Below, piece after piece: positions 27,078-36,897 of a stretch of 51,537 nucleotides of DNA. The notes beneath the pieces are model-generated. The model ran no database searches, was not told where the DNA came from, and was given only the letters and a program-made list of their open reading frames with translations. How positions within the stretch are numbered: position 1 is the stretch's first letter; every line of letters begins with the position of its first letter. The stretch comes from Lentisphaeria bacterium (lineage in GTDB: Bacteria > Verrucomicrobiota > Lentisphaeria > Victivallales > Victivallaceae), in assembly GCA_017629975.1 (NCBI GenBank), contig JAGBWB010000152.1, positions 1 through 51,537 of the forward strand. Reading direction: 5' to 3'. The position numbers and the translations under genes are program-made.

Positions 27078-27106
27078 AATATAGCACAGGAAATGTGATT
27101 TTACAA
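27078..27106 (-). promoter_or_regulatory. Sigma70-like promoter for aroQ-accBC (TTGTAA-17 nt-TATATT)
   Basis: Minus strand reads TTGTAAaatcacatttcctgtgcTATATT. The -35 element overlaps the stop codon of the RodZ-like gene. Confidence 0.5.
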
Positions 27107-27808
27107 TTCCCGGATTACAAGTTTTGGCGTTCCTTGCAGTTCGACAAGGGTATTTTCGCTGAAAGGACTCTTATTTTCCAGCTGATGTCCCGACTGGCGG
27201 AGATTCAGGACCACCATGGTGATCCCTGAGATCACGAGAACAAGAAGCAGCAGAATCACAAGTGCCGCGGCAAAAGCCAGATTCCGGATCCGGCGCATAT
27301 TCTCTTCGCTTTCGTCACTGCCTTTCACGGATTTGGAAACATCTTCAGGCACGTCAAAAGAGATCTCTGCTCTGAGCCGGTCAAGAAACTCTCTTGCAAG
27401 GGCATTGTTGATGTTGTAAAAGTGGCAGAGCCGCTTCACATAGGCGATGACATAAACAGGCTGGGGCAGCTGAGTAAAATCCTCCTCTTCAAGAGCCCGG
27501 ACCATATCCTCTTTGATCCGGGTGGCTTCAAAGACGTCGGCGTAGGTCAGATTGAGCTTTTCGCGCTGAAGTTTGAGAAACTCGCCGCAGCTGCGGGCGC
27601 CGCCGGCGTCGATATCGGGGATCTCAGCTTCTTCAATAATGGTCTCTTCAGTAATGATCTTTTCCTCTTTGGCAGTTTCCGGAGCGGGAGTCCGGGGATG
27701 GGGCGCGGGGGCGGAGTCCGCCGCCTGAGCCTTTGCTGCGCTGTTCTCCTGATGCGGAGCTGCACCGCCTTCAGGGAAGAGTTCGTTGCCGTTATTTTCG
27801 TTATTCAT
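27101..27808 (-). CDS. RodZ-like helix-turn-helix membrane protein
   Basis: HTH region (CGEFLKLQREKLNLTYADVFEATRIKEDMVRALEEEDF...LPQPVYVIAYVKRL), then one TM segment (LAFAAALVILLLLVLVISGITMVVL). Confidence 0.65.
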   Translation of the reverse strand: MNNENNGNELFPEGGAAPHQENSAAKAQAADSAPAPHPRTPAPETAKEEKIITEETIIEEAEIPDIDAGGARSCGEFLKLQREKLNLTYADVFEATRIKEDMVRALEEEDFTQLPQPVYVIAYVKRLCHFYNINNALAREFLDRLRAEISFDVPEDVSKSVKGSDESEENMRRIRNLAFAAALVILLLLVLVISGITMVVLNLRQSGHQLENKSPFSENTLVELQGTPKLVIREL

Positions 27809-27829
27809 AAATCATTCACCTTTCGGGAT

Positions 27830-30418
27830 TCAATCGTTGATATCAAGTCCGTCAAAAACCAGTATATCCCGCTTGTTGCCGCTGCCGGAAGGGGGACCTA
27901 CGATGCCCCGGGATTCCATCTGGTCAATAAGTTCTGCGGCGCGGTTGTAGCCGATCCCCAGACGGCGCTGAAGATAGCTGGTACTCGCTTTGCGTTCAAG
28001 GATCACCACTTCAAGGGCCTGGCGCATCACATCGCCATCCCCCGGACGCAAATATTTCCTGACAAGTGCCGAAACATCGGGTTTGCCGGTATCCCAGGGG
28101 GCATCATCATCATCGCCGCATTCATCTGAGTCGGGTTCTGCGTCGGGATCTTCCTCGGCAAGGACTTCGTTATTGAAGTTCTGGGGAACCTGGGCGCTGA
28201 CGAACTCAACGACCTTCTGGATATCGGAGTCAGGCACAAAAGAGCCCTGCACACGTTCAATGTGCATGGATGAGGGGGACATGTAAAGCATATCACCCTT
28301 GCCCAGAAGTTTTTCACCCCCGGGAGAGTCAAGGACCACACGGCTGTCAACCAGTGAACGCACCTGGAAACAGAGACGGGTGGGCAGATTGGCTTTGATG
28401 ACGCCGGTAATGACGTTGGTGGAGGGACGCTGGGTGGCGACCACAACATGAACGCCAGCGGCACGTCCTTTCTGGGCGATACGGGTGATGGAGTTTTCCA
28501 CATCTTTTTTCGCTTCGGTCATCATAAGATCGCCCAGCTCGTCAATGATGATGATCAGCACCGGCAGTCTGTCGGGGATCTGCACGCCGTCGTCATCAAA
28601 GACCGGTTCGCCGTTCAGGGGACGGGCGTTGAATTCGGAGATCTTCTTGACCCGTGCGGCCGCAAGGATGCGATAACGTTTTTCCATTTCGTTCACCGCC
28701 CAGCGCAGCGCCACAGGAACCTTGGCGGAGTCATTGATGACAGGGGTCAGCAGATGGGGGAGATTCTTGTAAACGTCAAACTCCACCACCTTGGGGTCAA
28801 CCATGATGAGTTTGAGCTCGTGGGGTTTGAAGCGGAAGAGCAGACTCATGATGAGAGAGTTGGAGCAGACGCTCTTACCGGTACCGGTGGAACCGGCAAT
28901 AAGCATGTGGGGCGCTGAAGCGATATCAAGGACCACAGGTTTTCCTGCCACATCCTTGCCGAGAGCGATGGGGATCTCAGCCTTGCCGGAGCGCCATTCA
29001 TCGGACTCCATCACAGAGCGCATGAAGACGGCGGAGGCCTTGCTGTTGGAAACCTCGATACCCACCACCGGACGGCCGGGGATGGGGGCAAGGATACGGA
29101 CACTCTGCGCCGAAAGGTTCATGGTGATGTTGTCGCCGATCTGTTCCACTTTGCGGACGTTCACCCCCGGTTCAAGGGTGACTTCAAAGCGGGTCAGGCG
29201 GGGTCCGGAGGTGTGGTTGCTCACCCAGCCTCTGATGCCGAACTCTTCAAGGGTCTGGTTCAGAGTGTTCTTAGCCCTTGAGATCTCTTCAAGATCCTCG
29301 CCGCTGCCCTCATTTCCCTGAGAGAGCATGGAAAGGGGAGGCAGCACATATTGATCCTCGGCGGAAACAGGAGCTGAAGCGTTCCCCTGCCGGGTGATGC
29401 GGGTCTCAAGGTCATTGCTCCGCACAGCAGGGGCGGGCATGGGTGCAGGAGCGGCGGCGGGAAGAGAAGCCGGTGCAGGTGCGGGGGCGGGCTCCTCTTC
29501 GGGTTCCTCTTCAAGGAGCTCTTCAGTTTTTACATCACCTGTTGGAGCGGGAGTCTCGGCAAAAGCCTTTTTCTCTTCCTCCTGAGCGACAGGTTCGGAA
29601 ACAAGAGCAGATTCTGCCGGTCCGGCAACAGGGGGGGGAGCGGGAGACTCCGGCGGGGCGGCAGGAACAGACTCCTGAGCGTCAAAGGTGAATGTCTGCT
29701 GCTTTTCACCACGCACAACCTGAGGATCTTTTCTGAAAGAAAAAGCCGCGTGCGTCTCCTGCGGCGCTTCGGACTCCGCAGAAAGCGGAGCAAGGGAGCG
29801 GAAACATCCGGCGATCAAATCTTTCCACTCGGCGACATAAAGCCAGATGACGCCGCCGGCAAGAAATGCAATGGCGACAATGGAGCATCCCACGCCGCCG
29901 ATGAGGTGGCGCAATATGCCTTCACTGAGTTCGCCGCTGCGGGGGGCGGAAAAATACTGCCCCACAACGCCGCCGGGGAGAGCGGATTTGATCGCCTCCC
30001 GGTGTCCCAGCCCCAGGGAGGGAAGTGTTTCTTCAAAGGATTCCGGCGTAAGACCGAAAAGGAGGAGAGTCCCTGTCAGGACCAGCAGAGAAGCAAAAAA
30101 TCCCTGCCAGTGGCGGAAAGTATGGTATTCACTGACGAACTCCCCCAATCCCAGGCGCACGCAGCGGAAGAAGACAAGAATCAAAAGCAGATATGTCCCC
30201 AATCCCAGGTGCATGAAAAGCGTGTGTGCCGTACAGGCTCCTGCCCAGCCGATCCAGTTGTCCGTCACCCCGTCGGCGCCGCCGTAGAGAACCACGGCAT
30301 CCGTAGGGGAATAGGAAAGGACTGCCGCCGCAAAAAGCAGCAGCAGAACCAACAGAAAAAGGCTTCTGAACAATCTGATGCCCTCGTCAGGGACAGTGTT
30401 CCGGAGAGTTTCTGACAT
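27830..30418 (-). CDS. ftsK: DNA translocase FtsK/SpoIIIE
   Basis: N-terminal TM domain, Pro/Ala/Glu linker, motor domain with Walker A (GSTGTGKS) and a C-terminal gamma/winged-helix region (ASTSYLQRRLGIGYNRAAELID). ATG at 30418 with a GGAG RBS; the track start at 30445 is TTG. Confidence 0.93.
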   Translation of the reverse strand: MSETLRNTVPDEGIRLFRSLFLLVLLLLFAAAVLSYSPTDAVVLYGGADGVTDNWIGWAGACTAHTLFMHLGLGTYLLLILVFFRCVRLGLGEFVSEYHTFRHWQGFFASLLVLTGTLLLFGLTPESFEETLPSLGLGHREAIKSALPGGVVGQYFSAPRSGELSEGILRHLIGGVGCSIVAIAFLAGGVIWLYVAEWKDLIAGCFRSLAPLSAESEAPQETHAAFSFRKDPQVVRGEKQQTFTFDAQESVPAAPPESPAPPPVAGPAESALVSEPVAQEEEKKAFAETPAPTGDVKTEELLEEEPEEEPAPAPAPASLPAAAPAPMPAPAVRSNDLETRITRQGNASAPVSAEDQYVLPPLSMLSQGNEGSGEDLEEISRAKNTLNQTLEEFGIRGWVSNHTSGPRLTRFEVTLEPGVNVRKVEQIGDNITMNLSAQSVRILAPIPGRPVVGIEVSNSKASAVFMRSVMESDEWRSGKAEIPIALGKDVAGKPVVLDIASAPHMLIAGSTGTGKSVCSNSLIMSLLFRFKPHELKLIMVDPKVVEFDVYKNLPHLLTPVINDSAKVPVALRWAVNEMEKRYRILAAARVKKISEFNARPLNGEPVFDDDGVQIPDRLPVLIIIIDELGDLMMTEAKKDVENSITRIAQKGRAAGVHVVVATQRPSTNVITGVIKANLPTRLCFQVRSLVDSRVVLDSPGGEKLLGKGDMLYMSPSSMHIERVQGSFVPDSDIQKVVEFVSAQVPQNFNNEVLAEEDPDAEPDSDECGDDDDAPWDTGKPDVSALVRKYLRPGDGDVMRQALEVVILERKASTSYLQRRLGIGYNRAAELIDQMESRGIVGPPSGSGNKRDILVFDGLDIND

Positions 30419-30470
30419 TCGCTCTTTTACTCCAAAAGATTCCAACTTAAAAAAGGGTTTGCTCCGGGGT

Positions 30471-30499
30471 AATATAATACACTATTTTGCATATTGCAA
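30471..30499 (-). promoter_or_regulatory. Sigma70-like promoter for ftsK (TTGCAA-17 nt-TATATT)
   Basis: Minus strand reads TTGCAAtatgcaaaatagtgtatTATATT. Confidence 0.5.
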
Positions 30500-30528
30500 G
30501 AATCCCGCCGGAGCTTTTTGCAAAAAAA

Positions 30529-31053
30529 TCACAGGAAAGAGGGACGTGATTTCATTTCTTTATCGAAATCAGCGCTCTTCTTGAGAAAGAGGACCTTTGT
30601 TTCAAAGGTGTAACGCACCTTTTCCTCGCCTTTCAGCACACGGACCTGCCCGAAGGAATCGGTTTCCCAGGCGTTGTTCTGAGTGCTGAGATTGTCCACA
30701 TTCTCTGAAGCGGCAAGGGGCGGGGCAAAGGTTCCTGAGACCCGGGGATAGAGTCCTGCGGCTTTGACCTGAGTCCCCACGATGCACACAGCATCGGCGC
30801 CATGTTTCCGCGCCTCGCTGCGGAGCTCCGCCATACGGTCGTATTCATCAACGGAGTTGGGACCGGAAAGCACACCTCTGCCGATGATCCGGTAACGGTC
30901 AGGGGGGAGCGTATCTCTCCCCTTGAAAACGCTCACAGGCGAAGACTCGGTGCGGGGAGCAAAGGACTGCCCCACATAGTCAAAACTCATACATCCGGCA
31001 AAAAGGAGAACTCCTGCCAGACACATCACAGCTTTTGCAACAAACAGCTTCAT
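30529..31053 (-). CDS. Lipoprotein of unknown function
   Basis: Lipobox LFAGCMS. No recognisable domain. The start lies 3 nt after the CNNM gene stop. Confidence 0.65.
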   Translation of the reverse strand: MKLFVAKAVMCLAGVLLFAGCMSFDYVGQSFAPRTESSPVSVFKGRDTLPPDRYRIIGRGVLSGPNSVDEYDRMAELRSEARKHGADAVCIVGTQVKAAGLYPRVSGTFAPPLAASENVDNLSTQNNAWETDSFGQVRVLKGEEKVRYTFETKVLFLKKSADFDKEMKSRPSFL

Positions 31054-31056
31054 TCT

Positions 31057-32373
31057 TTACTCTTTCATTCTTTTGAGGTTGAATTCCCATGCCTGTCCGC
31101 GGCGGATCTTGCGGACGTAAAACTCCGCGTTGCCGTGACGGATCACATCTCCCACCCGGACAGGTCTGTCCAGAGTCCGGGAGACCCAGACGCCCACAGG
31201 TTCGGCGCGCAAAGGCAGATCCAGATGGGTATCGCGGGCAAGAAGTCTCAGAGGCACGCCGCCCCCCACCACCCAGAAGTTCTCACCGGGAGAGTAGAAG
31301 GTACGGGGCAGAGGATCAAATTCGTCATCAAGATCCCCCAGCAGCTCTTCAATGATATCCTCCAGAGTCACAAGTCCCAGAGTGGTATGGGTGGCGGGAT
31401 CGCGGACGATGGTGATATGGCAGTTCTGCATGGTCAGATGCTCCAGCAATTCTGCGGCGCTGTCGTCGGGTTCAGAGAAAGGCACAGGGCGCAGGATGTC
31501 GTTGACCTTGACCGTTCCGGGGTGGGAGCGGTGGATCGCCACAAGTTCCTTGAAGTTCACATAGCCCAGAACTTCATTTTTATTATCCTCTTCACAGACG
31601 GGATACCGGGTGTGGAAGTCATTGGCAGTTGAGTTCATGGCGTCGGTCAGAGTCTGATCGGCGGTGAGGAACGAAATGTTTTCCACGTCGATCATCACGT
31701 CCCGGGCGGACTTTTCAGAAAGATGGGGGACCATCTTGATGATGCGCTCCTGCCGGGAGGAGATGCTCTGGGTGCTCCGGGCAAGAGAGGCGAGAGCGGA
31801 AATCTCTTCGGCGGTGGTGGGTTTCTCAGGTTTGCGCCGTTCAAAGGGTTTGTTGATCCACTGAGTCACTTTGATAACGGGCATAAAGAGGAAGAGCAGC
31901 ACCTGAAGAACAGGACCGCAGATCTGCATGACCTTGATATTGTAACGCACACCGAGAGTCTTGGGCAGAAGTTCGGTGTATTGAACCATGAGCAGAGTGA
32001 AAATCAATGAAAAAACGCTCATTATGGTGGCGTTGCCGGGGAAGAGAGCATTCAAATTTGCACCGGCTTCGGCGGCACCGATGGTATGGGCGGCGGTATT
32101 GACGATAAGGATCACAGCCAGAGGCTTGTCAATATCCTGCTTGAGTGACATCACGCATTTTCCCGCTCTGGGGAAAGAGCGGTTGAGTTCCGCCACCTGA
32201 CTGGGGGAAATACTCAGGAGCGCCGCCTCCATAAGGGAGCAGCAATGTGAAAAGACCATGGCAACGATGACGCTGCCGATGAAATAAAACCATTCCGGTC
32301 TGATGGTAAAACTTTTACTTGTCTCAACGATAGATGCGAAAACACATAAACACGCCGGGTCCAAAGCGTCCAT
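31057..32373 (-). CDS. CNNM/HlyC-CorC family transporter (DUF21 TM domain + CBS pair + CorC_HlyC domain)
   Basis: The N-terminal 4-TM DUF21 pattern, a CBS region and a C-terminal CorC_HlyC-like beta domain. The ATG at 32373 (AAAGGAAAAA upstream) is preferred over the track start at 32409. Confidence 0.8.
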   Translation of the reverse strand: MDALDPACLCVFASIVETSKSFTIRPEWFYFIGSVIVAMVFSHCCSLMEAALLSISPSQVAELNRSFPRAGKCVMSLKQDIDKPLAVILIVNTAAHTIGAAEAGANLNALFPGNATIMSVFSLIFTLLMVQYTELLPKTLGVRYNIKVMQICGPVLQVLLFLFMPVIKVTQWINKPFERRKPEKPTTAEEISALASLARSTQSISSRQERIIKMVPHLSEKSARDVMIDVENISFLTADQTLTDAMNSTANDFHTRYPVCEEDNKNEVLGYVNFKELVAIHRSHPGTVKVNDILRPVPFSEPDDSAAELLEHLTMQNCHITIVRDPATHTTLGLVTLEDIIEELLGDLDDEFDPLPRTFYSPGENFWVVGGGVPLRLLARDTHLDLPLRAEPVGVWVSRTLDRPVRVGDVIRHGNAEFYVRKIRRGQAWEFNLKRMKE

Positions 32374-32600
32374 TTTTTCCTTTCTGTTTCCGGAACATCT
32401 TATCCTCATTTGAGTTCCGGAGTTTTTACAAATAATTACAGTTTATTTTACGCCGTCTCCACGGCTGACGATTCCTTTTTTGATTCAAAGCGGCTTTTTT
32501 GAAAAGTTGAAAAGCAGCTCCTGTTGATCTCCTGCTGTTCCTGCCCGGGACAGGAATACAAATGCTCCGGGCAGTTTTTGTCAAGTCAGGTGCAAAACTG

Positions 32601-32634
32601 AGAAAAAGTCTGAAAAGTCACAGAGAACTTTCAG
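32601..32634 (-). terminator. Probable Rho-independent terminator ending the seven-gene operon
   Basis: Minus strand reads CTGAAAGT-tctctgtg-ACTTTTCAG (one bulged T) followed by ACTTTTTCT, about 30 nt after the stop at 32664. Confidence 0.45.
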
Positions 32635-32663
32635 GTTTTCTCTTCAATCAGCATCTCACATCA

Positions 32664-34301
32664 TTATTTCCTTTCCTTTGCTCCGGGGACACCGGGGATC
32701 TTTTTCAACATGTTGTCGATCTGTTTCTCATTCTGTTCGGCGGCGATCTTCGCCTTGAGGATCAGCACCATCTGGGGCGGGAAAGTTTTCATGCACTGTT
32801 CCACCACCACGCGCTTGATCTGGTTGTAGCTCGGGAGCTTCATGCGCTCCATGCTGCCGATATCAGCGGAGTATTTGGCATAGATGTAACGCGCCATGCG
32901 TTCATTGGCAAGGGCGGCATCGTTGTCGTTGTAAATGAGATAGAAGATGCTCTTGAAGATAAGACCGCTGATGACTTCACTTGCCTTTTTGACGCCCGCA
33001 TCACGGACATCCTCCGCCCACTGTGCGGTGACAAAGGCTTCAAGGTCCTCCCGTTTGCGGTGGGGTTCCTCTTTGATCAGCAGATCATAATACTCTTTTG
33101 CCTTGGAAAACTTACCGTAGTTGTAAAGGATCCCGATGGCCTCTTTGATAAAGTTGATCCGGGCGCTGCGGAATGTGGAGTACTCCGCCCCGCCGTCGTA
33201 GATCTGATGGACTTCACCGTAGGTATTGTAGACGGCATCGACCAGAGCGATATTGGGCGCCACAACGATGTTGTTGAAATCCTTGTCGTTGACCATGAGC
33301 AGCCTGCCGCCCCGGAACGATTCATAGAGGGACTGAGTAATGAGACGGCCCAGATTCACATCCTTGTTTCCGGGAGTCCGTTTCAACCCCATGGTCGCCC
33401 AGTAGATCGCCTGGGATTCAGGGACGCGCCAATCCAGCACGCCGTAGCGTTCATTGATCTCAACGATGACCGCAGGATCCAGTTTCAGCTGGCGCCGGAG
33501 CAGTTCGGCACGCAGAAAGAGCTCCATTTCTTTGAGCAGTTTCTCACCGACTCTGCCCTTGAGAGAGGCTGAAAGAGCCGCAGGAGTCCTGCTTCTGAAA
33601 TCATCATAAAGGGCGTCAAAGTCCTTGAAGCCGCACTTGTTCAAAACGCCCCACACCTCGCCGTCGGCAGGATACTTTTTCATAAACTCCTTTTCATTGG
33701 CAGGAGCTGAGGCAAGATCTTTCCATGAGGGTTCGGCGGAGCCGGTAATGTTCATCATCTGGATCGCCAGACGGTTCTTGTAGTACAAGTTGGCATCGTC
33801 AAGGACGTTGCCCAGCTTGTGCTGGAAGATCCACGCAAGATCCTTGTAGAGGATGGGATCCTCAGGGTTGTACTCAAGGGCAAGATCCCGGATCAGACGG
33901 ATCCCCTCGTTGACCCAGCGCCACCTTTCGGCGTGGCTGGAACAGGTGACTGAGATGTTGTACGCCATGTTCCATGCAAGATAAGCGGTTGCGCCTGAAA
34001 AGGTGGGCTGAAGATCGGTGATCCACCGGGCGAGCTGAACCATTTCAAAGTAGTTCTGTTTCTCTTTGAGAGCTTCAGCACGGAGCCAGAGCAAATCTGC
34101 CACGATTCCACGGAAACTTCCCAGTGCCACAGTGGTGAAAGTCACCAGCACAGGAGCGTTCTTGATCTCGCCTGTGAAACGCAGATGGTGTTTTTCCACG
34201 GCGGCGTCAAGGCGCCGTGACACACCCGATGAACAAAAGAGCAGAGCGATGGTGAGGACCACCAAGGCAAAATACATGGTAATAATGCGGAATTTATTCA
34301 T
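32664..34301 (-). CDS. Membrane-anchored, all-helical (TPR-like?) protein of unknown function
   Basis: 545 aa with one N-terminal TM segment (IITMYFALVVLTIALLF) and a second hydrophobic stretch near residue 50. The rest has helical-repeat character rich in W/Y/L. No family recognised. The ATG overlaps the ABC permease stop (ATGA). Confidence 0.6.
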   Translation of the reverse strand: MNKFRIITMYFALVVLTIALLFCSSGVSRRLDAAVEKHHLRFTGEIKNAPVLVTFTTVALGSFRGIVADLLWLRAEALKEKQNYFEMVQLARWITDLQPTFSGATAYLAWNMAYNISVTCSSHAERWRWVNEGIRLIRDLALEYNPEDPILYKDLAWIFQHKLGNVLDDANLYYKNRLAIQMMNITGSAEPSWKDLASAPANEKEFMKKYPADGEVWGVLNKCGFKDFDALYDDFRSRTPAALSASLKGRVGEKLLKEMELFLRAELLRRQLKLDPAVIVEINERYGVLDWRVPESQAIYWATMGLKRTPGNKDVNLGRLITQSLYESFRGGRLLMVNDKDFNNIVVAPNIALVDAVYNTYGEVHQIYDGGAEYSTFRSARINFIKEAIGILYNYGKFSKAKEYYDLLIKEEPHRKREDLEAFVTAQWAEDVRDAGVKKASEVISGLIFKSIFYLIYNDNDAALANERMARYIYAKYSADIGSMERMKLPSYNQIKRVVVEQCMKTFPPQMVLILKAKIAAEQNEKQIDNMLKKIPGVPGAKERK

Positions 34302-35722
34302 TTTCTGACGATAAGCCCCAGTTCACGCTTGTTGTAGAAATAGATCCCCAGAAGCACCAGAGGCAGTGCTTTGAGCACGATCATGTGGAAGAAGAGCGAT
34401 CCGATGAATGCCCATTCCACAAGGACGCCGTCCGAAACCACGGAGCTGACATCAAAACGCTGAAGAGGGATCACCACCCAGAGGAGGACCTTGCCTACAA
34501 ACTGACCGAAACGGTCGGCAAAGCCTGCCAGATACTCCAGATTGACCATGTAGACCGAGAAGGCGCCGAAGAGCAGATAGCTCAGCACCATGAAGATGGC
34601 GACCGGCATGGAAAGGCATCCGGCAAAGGCGCAGCTCAATGCGGCAAGGAGCATCAGCTCCATACCGATGACCAGCACTGCCCGGGCGTAGTTCCCGGCG
34701 AAACCTGTGGCGGGCACCAGAAGTTTGGGGCCGTCCGCAGGCTGGAAAAACATGGTTCCGCCCAATCGGTCAAGGTTGACCACGGTCATGAAAACATATC
34801 CGTCAGAAGAGACCACGTTCCACTCAGGCTTGAGCTCCTTTTCGTGGAAGACGCCGGTCATGACCTGATCGGGTTTGTCATCAAGGGGATAGAGGTAGAT
34901 GTCGTAAGTTTTGGCATTCTGCTGCGCCAGGGGGCCTGCCTGGGCGGCCGCCTTGCGCTCCCGGGGGATCCCCACTGACCAGAGAAGATGGGCGGGCCGC
35001 TGATCCTCGCTGGCAACTTTGTTGATATAGGGACGGTAACGCAGAAAGATGGGTTTCCCTGTATTGGCGGGGATGTTTGAAAAGCGCCAGCTTTTCACCA
35101 CGCCCACTTTTGCTTCGGAATCTCTTGACACCACTTCAAGCTGGGAGTCCTTTATGAGCTTTTCCTGCATCTGGGTATCAACCGTTCTGCCCTGAGAGGT
35201 CAGGCGTTTGATCTTCTGCCGGACAAGTTCATTAATGGCCTCGCTGTAATCGGGACGGTCTGCTCTGAATGCCCGTCTGCCCACCAGCACTTCGGCGCGC
35301 ATCCGCTCTTTTTCGCCCGGCGGGAACTCCAGATTGTTAAAGCGGTAGAGGATGATGAAGTAGACCGCCGTTGAAGCGGCGGCAAGGAGCAGCAGATTGA
35401 CCAGACAGACACCGGTCCATTTGCCCAGCCAGACGGTGATCCGTGAGACGGGTTTACTCACCACCATGTGGAGCTGGTAGCTGTCGATGTCGCAGGTCAT
35501 GATGAAACATCCCAGCCAGATGGATGAAAGTCCCAGCACGGCACTGACGATCCAGAGGCTGTAAAAGATGGAGCTTTTCAGAAAATCCGCCGCCGTTGAG
35601 TTGGTGATGGTGGTGGGGATCAGAGCAACGCAAAGGAGCAGCACACCGAAAAGCAGCTGGAATATATGTGACCGCACCGCATGGCGGAAGGTCAGTTTGA
35701 CGATTGCTGAAAAGGCTCTCAT
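34298..35722 (-). CDS. ABC-2-type transporter permease with a roughly 200-aa inserted soluble domain
   Basis: 474 aa. Three N-terminal TM segments include the ABC-2-like SKPVSR...LGK motif, followed by a hydrophilic insert (about residues 130-330) and three or more C-terminal TM segments. The ATG overlaps the ATPase stop. Confidence 0.65.
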   Translation of the reverse strand: MRAFSAIVKLTFRHAVRSHIFQLLFGVLLLCVALIPTTITNSTAADFLKSSIFYSLWIVSAVLGLSSIWLGCFIMTCDIDSYQLHMVVSKPVSRITVWLGKWTGVCLVNLLLLAAASTAVYFIILYRFNNLEFPPGEKERMRAEVLVGRRAFRADRPDYSEAINELVRQKIKRLTSQGRTVDTQMQEKLIKDSQLEVVSRDSEAKVGVVKSWRFSNIPANTGKPIFLRYRPYINKVASEDQRPAHLLWSVGIPRERKAAAQAGPLAQQNAKTYDIYLYPLDDKPDQVMTGVFHEKELKPEWNVVSSDGYVFMTVVNLDRLGGTMFFQPADGPKLLVPATGFAGNYARAVLVIGMELMLLAALSCAFAGCLSMPVAIFMVLSYLLFGAFSVYMVNLEYLAGFADRFGQFVGKVLLWVVIPLQRFDVSSVVSDGVLVEWAFIGSLFFHMIVLKALPLVLLGIYFYNKRELGLIVRK

Positions 35723-36891
35723 TTGCGATTGCCCAGAATGTCGTTGAGTTTCTTGTCAGCCTCAGAAAGTTTTTCTGCGGCGGCGGGAGCGCTCTTTTCT
35801 GCCTCTTTCGGGGGAGCACTTTTCTCTTCCATCAGGCTTGAAAGGGCCTCTGCGGCGTGCTCTTCATTTACCTTTTCCTCTTTCTGAGGGGCAGGAGCGG
35901 CACTCTTCACAGGGGCGGCAGGCTCCTCCTCTTTGAGCAGAGACTCAAGGACAGCGCTCTTTTCGTCGCCTTGGGCGAGATATTCGGCGATCTTGCCGCC
36001 GGAAACAACGCCTGCGGTCTCAACGCTTTCCGCCTTGGCCTTGGCGATAACATCCAGGAAGAACTCCTCAAGGGTGCGCCGGGGGTGCTCCACTCTGAAC
36101 TCTTCACCGTGAAGCGATTCGCGCAAGGTCTCAAGAACCTTGTCCATGGCCTCTTTGGGCAGCACAGGGGTGGTGATGGTGGTGGAGTCCGAAACGGTGA
36201 GGAGTTCGCTCAGGGCGCCCTGAGCGCGGATCTTGCCGCCGTAAAGCACGATGACTCTGTCGCAGATATCCTCAACATCGCTGAGAAGATGGCTGGTCAC
36301 AAGAACGGTCTTGCCCCGCTTTTTCAAAGTGAGGATCAGATCTTTGACCTCCCGGCAGCCCAGAGGATCAAGTCCGCTGGTGGGTTCGTCCAGAATGAGG
36401 AACGAAGGATCGTTGATCATGGCCTGGGCGATACCGATGCGGCGCGCCATACCTTTTGAAAACTCTCCCACCCTGCGGCGGCGGGCATGGGTCATGCCCA
36501 CCATATCCAGCAGCTGATCGATGCGGCGGGCGCGGTCGGCGGCAGAAAGATTGAAAAGGGATCCGAAAAAGTCAAGGGTCTCTTCAGCAGTCAGATACTT
36601 GTAGAGATAGGATTCTTCGGGGAGATAACCGATATCCCTCTTGGTCTCCACCGCTTTGGGGGAGCGTCCCATGACGGTCAGTCTGCCGCCGGTGGGGTAC
36701 AAAAGTCCCAGAAGCATTTTTACGGTGGTGGATTTACCGGAGCCGTTGGGTCCCAGCAAGCCCACAACTTCACCGGGGCGGATCTCAAAATCAATGTCAT
36801 TGACGGCGCGGGCCTTGGGGCGCCCCCAGAAATCACGGAACTCCTTGGTCAGGCCCACGGCACTGACAACGGGAATGATGTTATCTTCCAT
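35719..36891 (-). CDS. ABC transporter ATP-binding protein with an Ala/Pro/Glu/Lys-rich C-terminal extension
   Basis: Walker A (GPNGSGKST), signature (FSKGMARR), Walker B (LILDEP) and H-loop (VTSHLL). There are about 90 low-complexity residues at the C-terminus. Confidence 0.9.
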   Translation of the reverse strand: MEDNIIPVVSAVGLTKEFRDFWGRPKARAVNDIDFEIRPGEVVGLLGPNGSGKSTTVKMLLGLLYPTGGRLTVMGRSPKAVETKRDIGYLPEESYLYKYLTAEETLDFFGSLFNLSAADRARRIDQLLDMVGMTHARRRRVGEFSKGMARRIGIAQAMINDPSFLILDEPTSGLDPLGCREVKDLILTLKKRGKTVLVTSHLLSDVEDICDRVIVLYGGKIRAQGALSELLTVSDSTTITTPVLPKEAMDKVLETLRESLHGEEFRVEHPRRTLEEFFLDVIAKAKAESVETAGVVSGGKIAEYLAQGDEKSAVLESLLKEEEPAAPVKSAAPAPQKEEKVNEEHAAEALSSLMEEKSAPPKEAEKSAPAAAEKLSEADKKLNDILGNRK

Positions 36892-36897
36892 TCTCTA

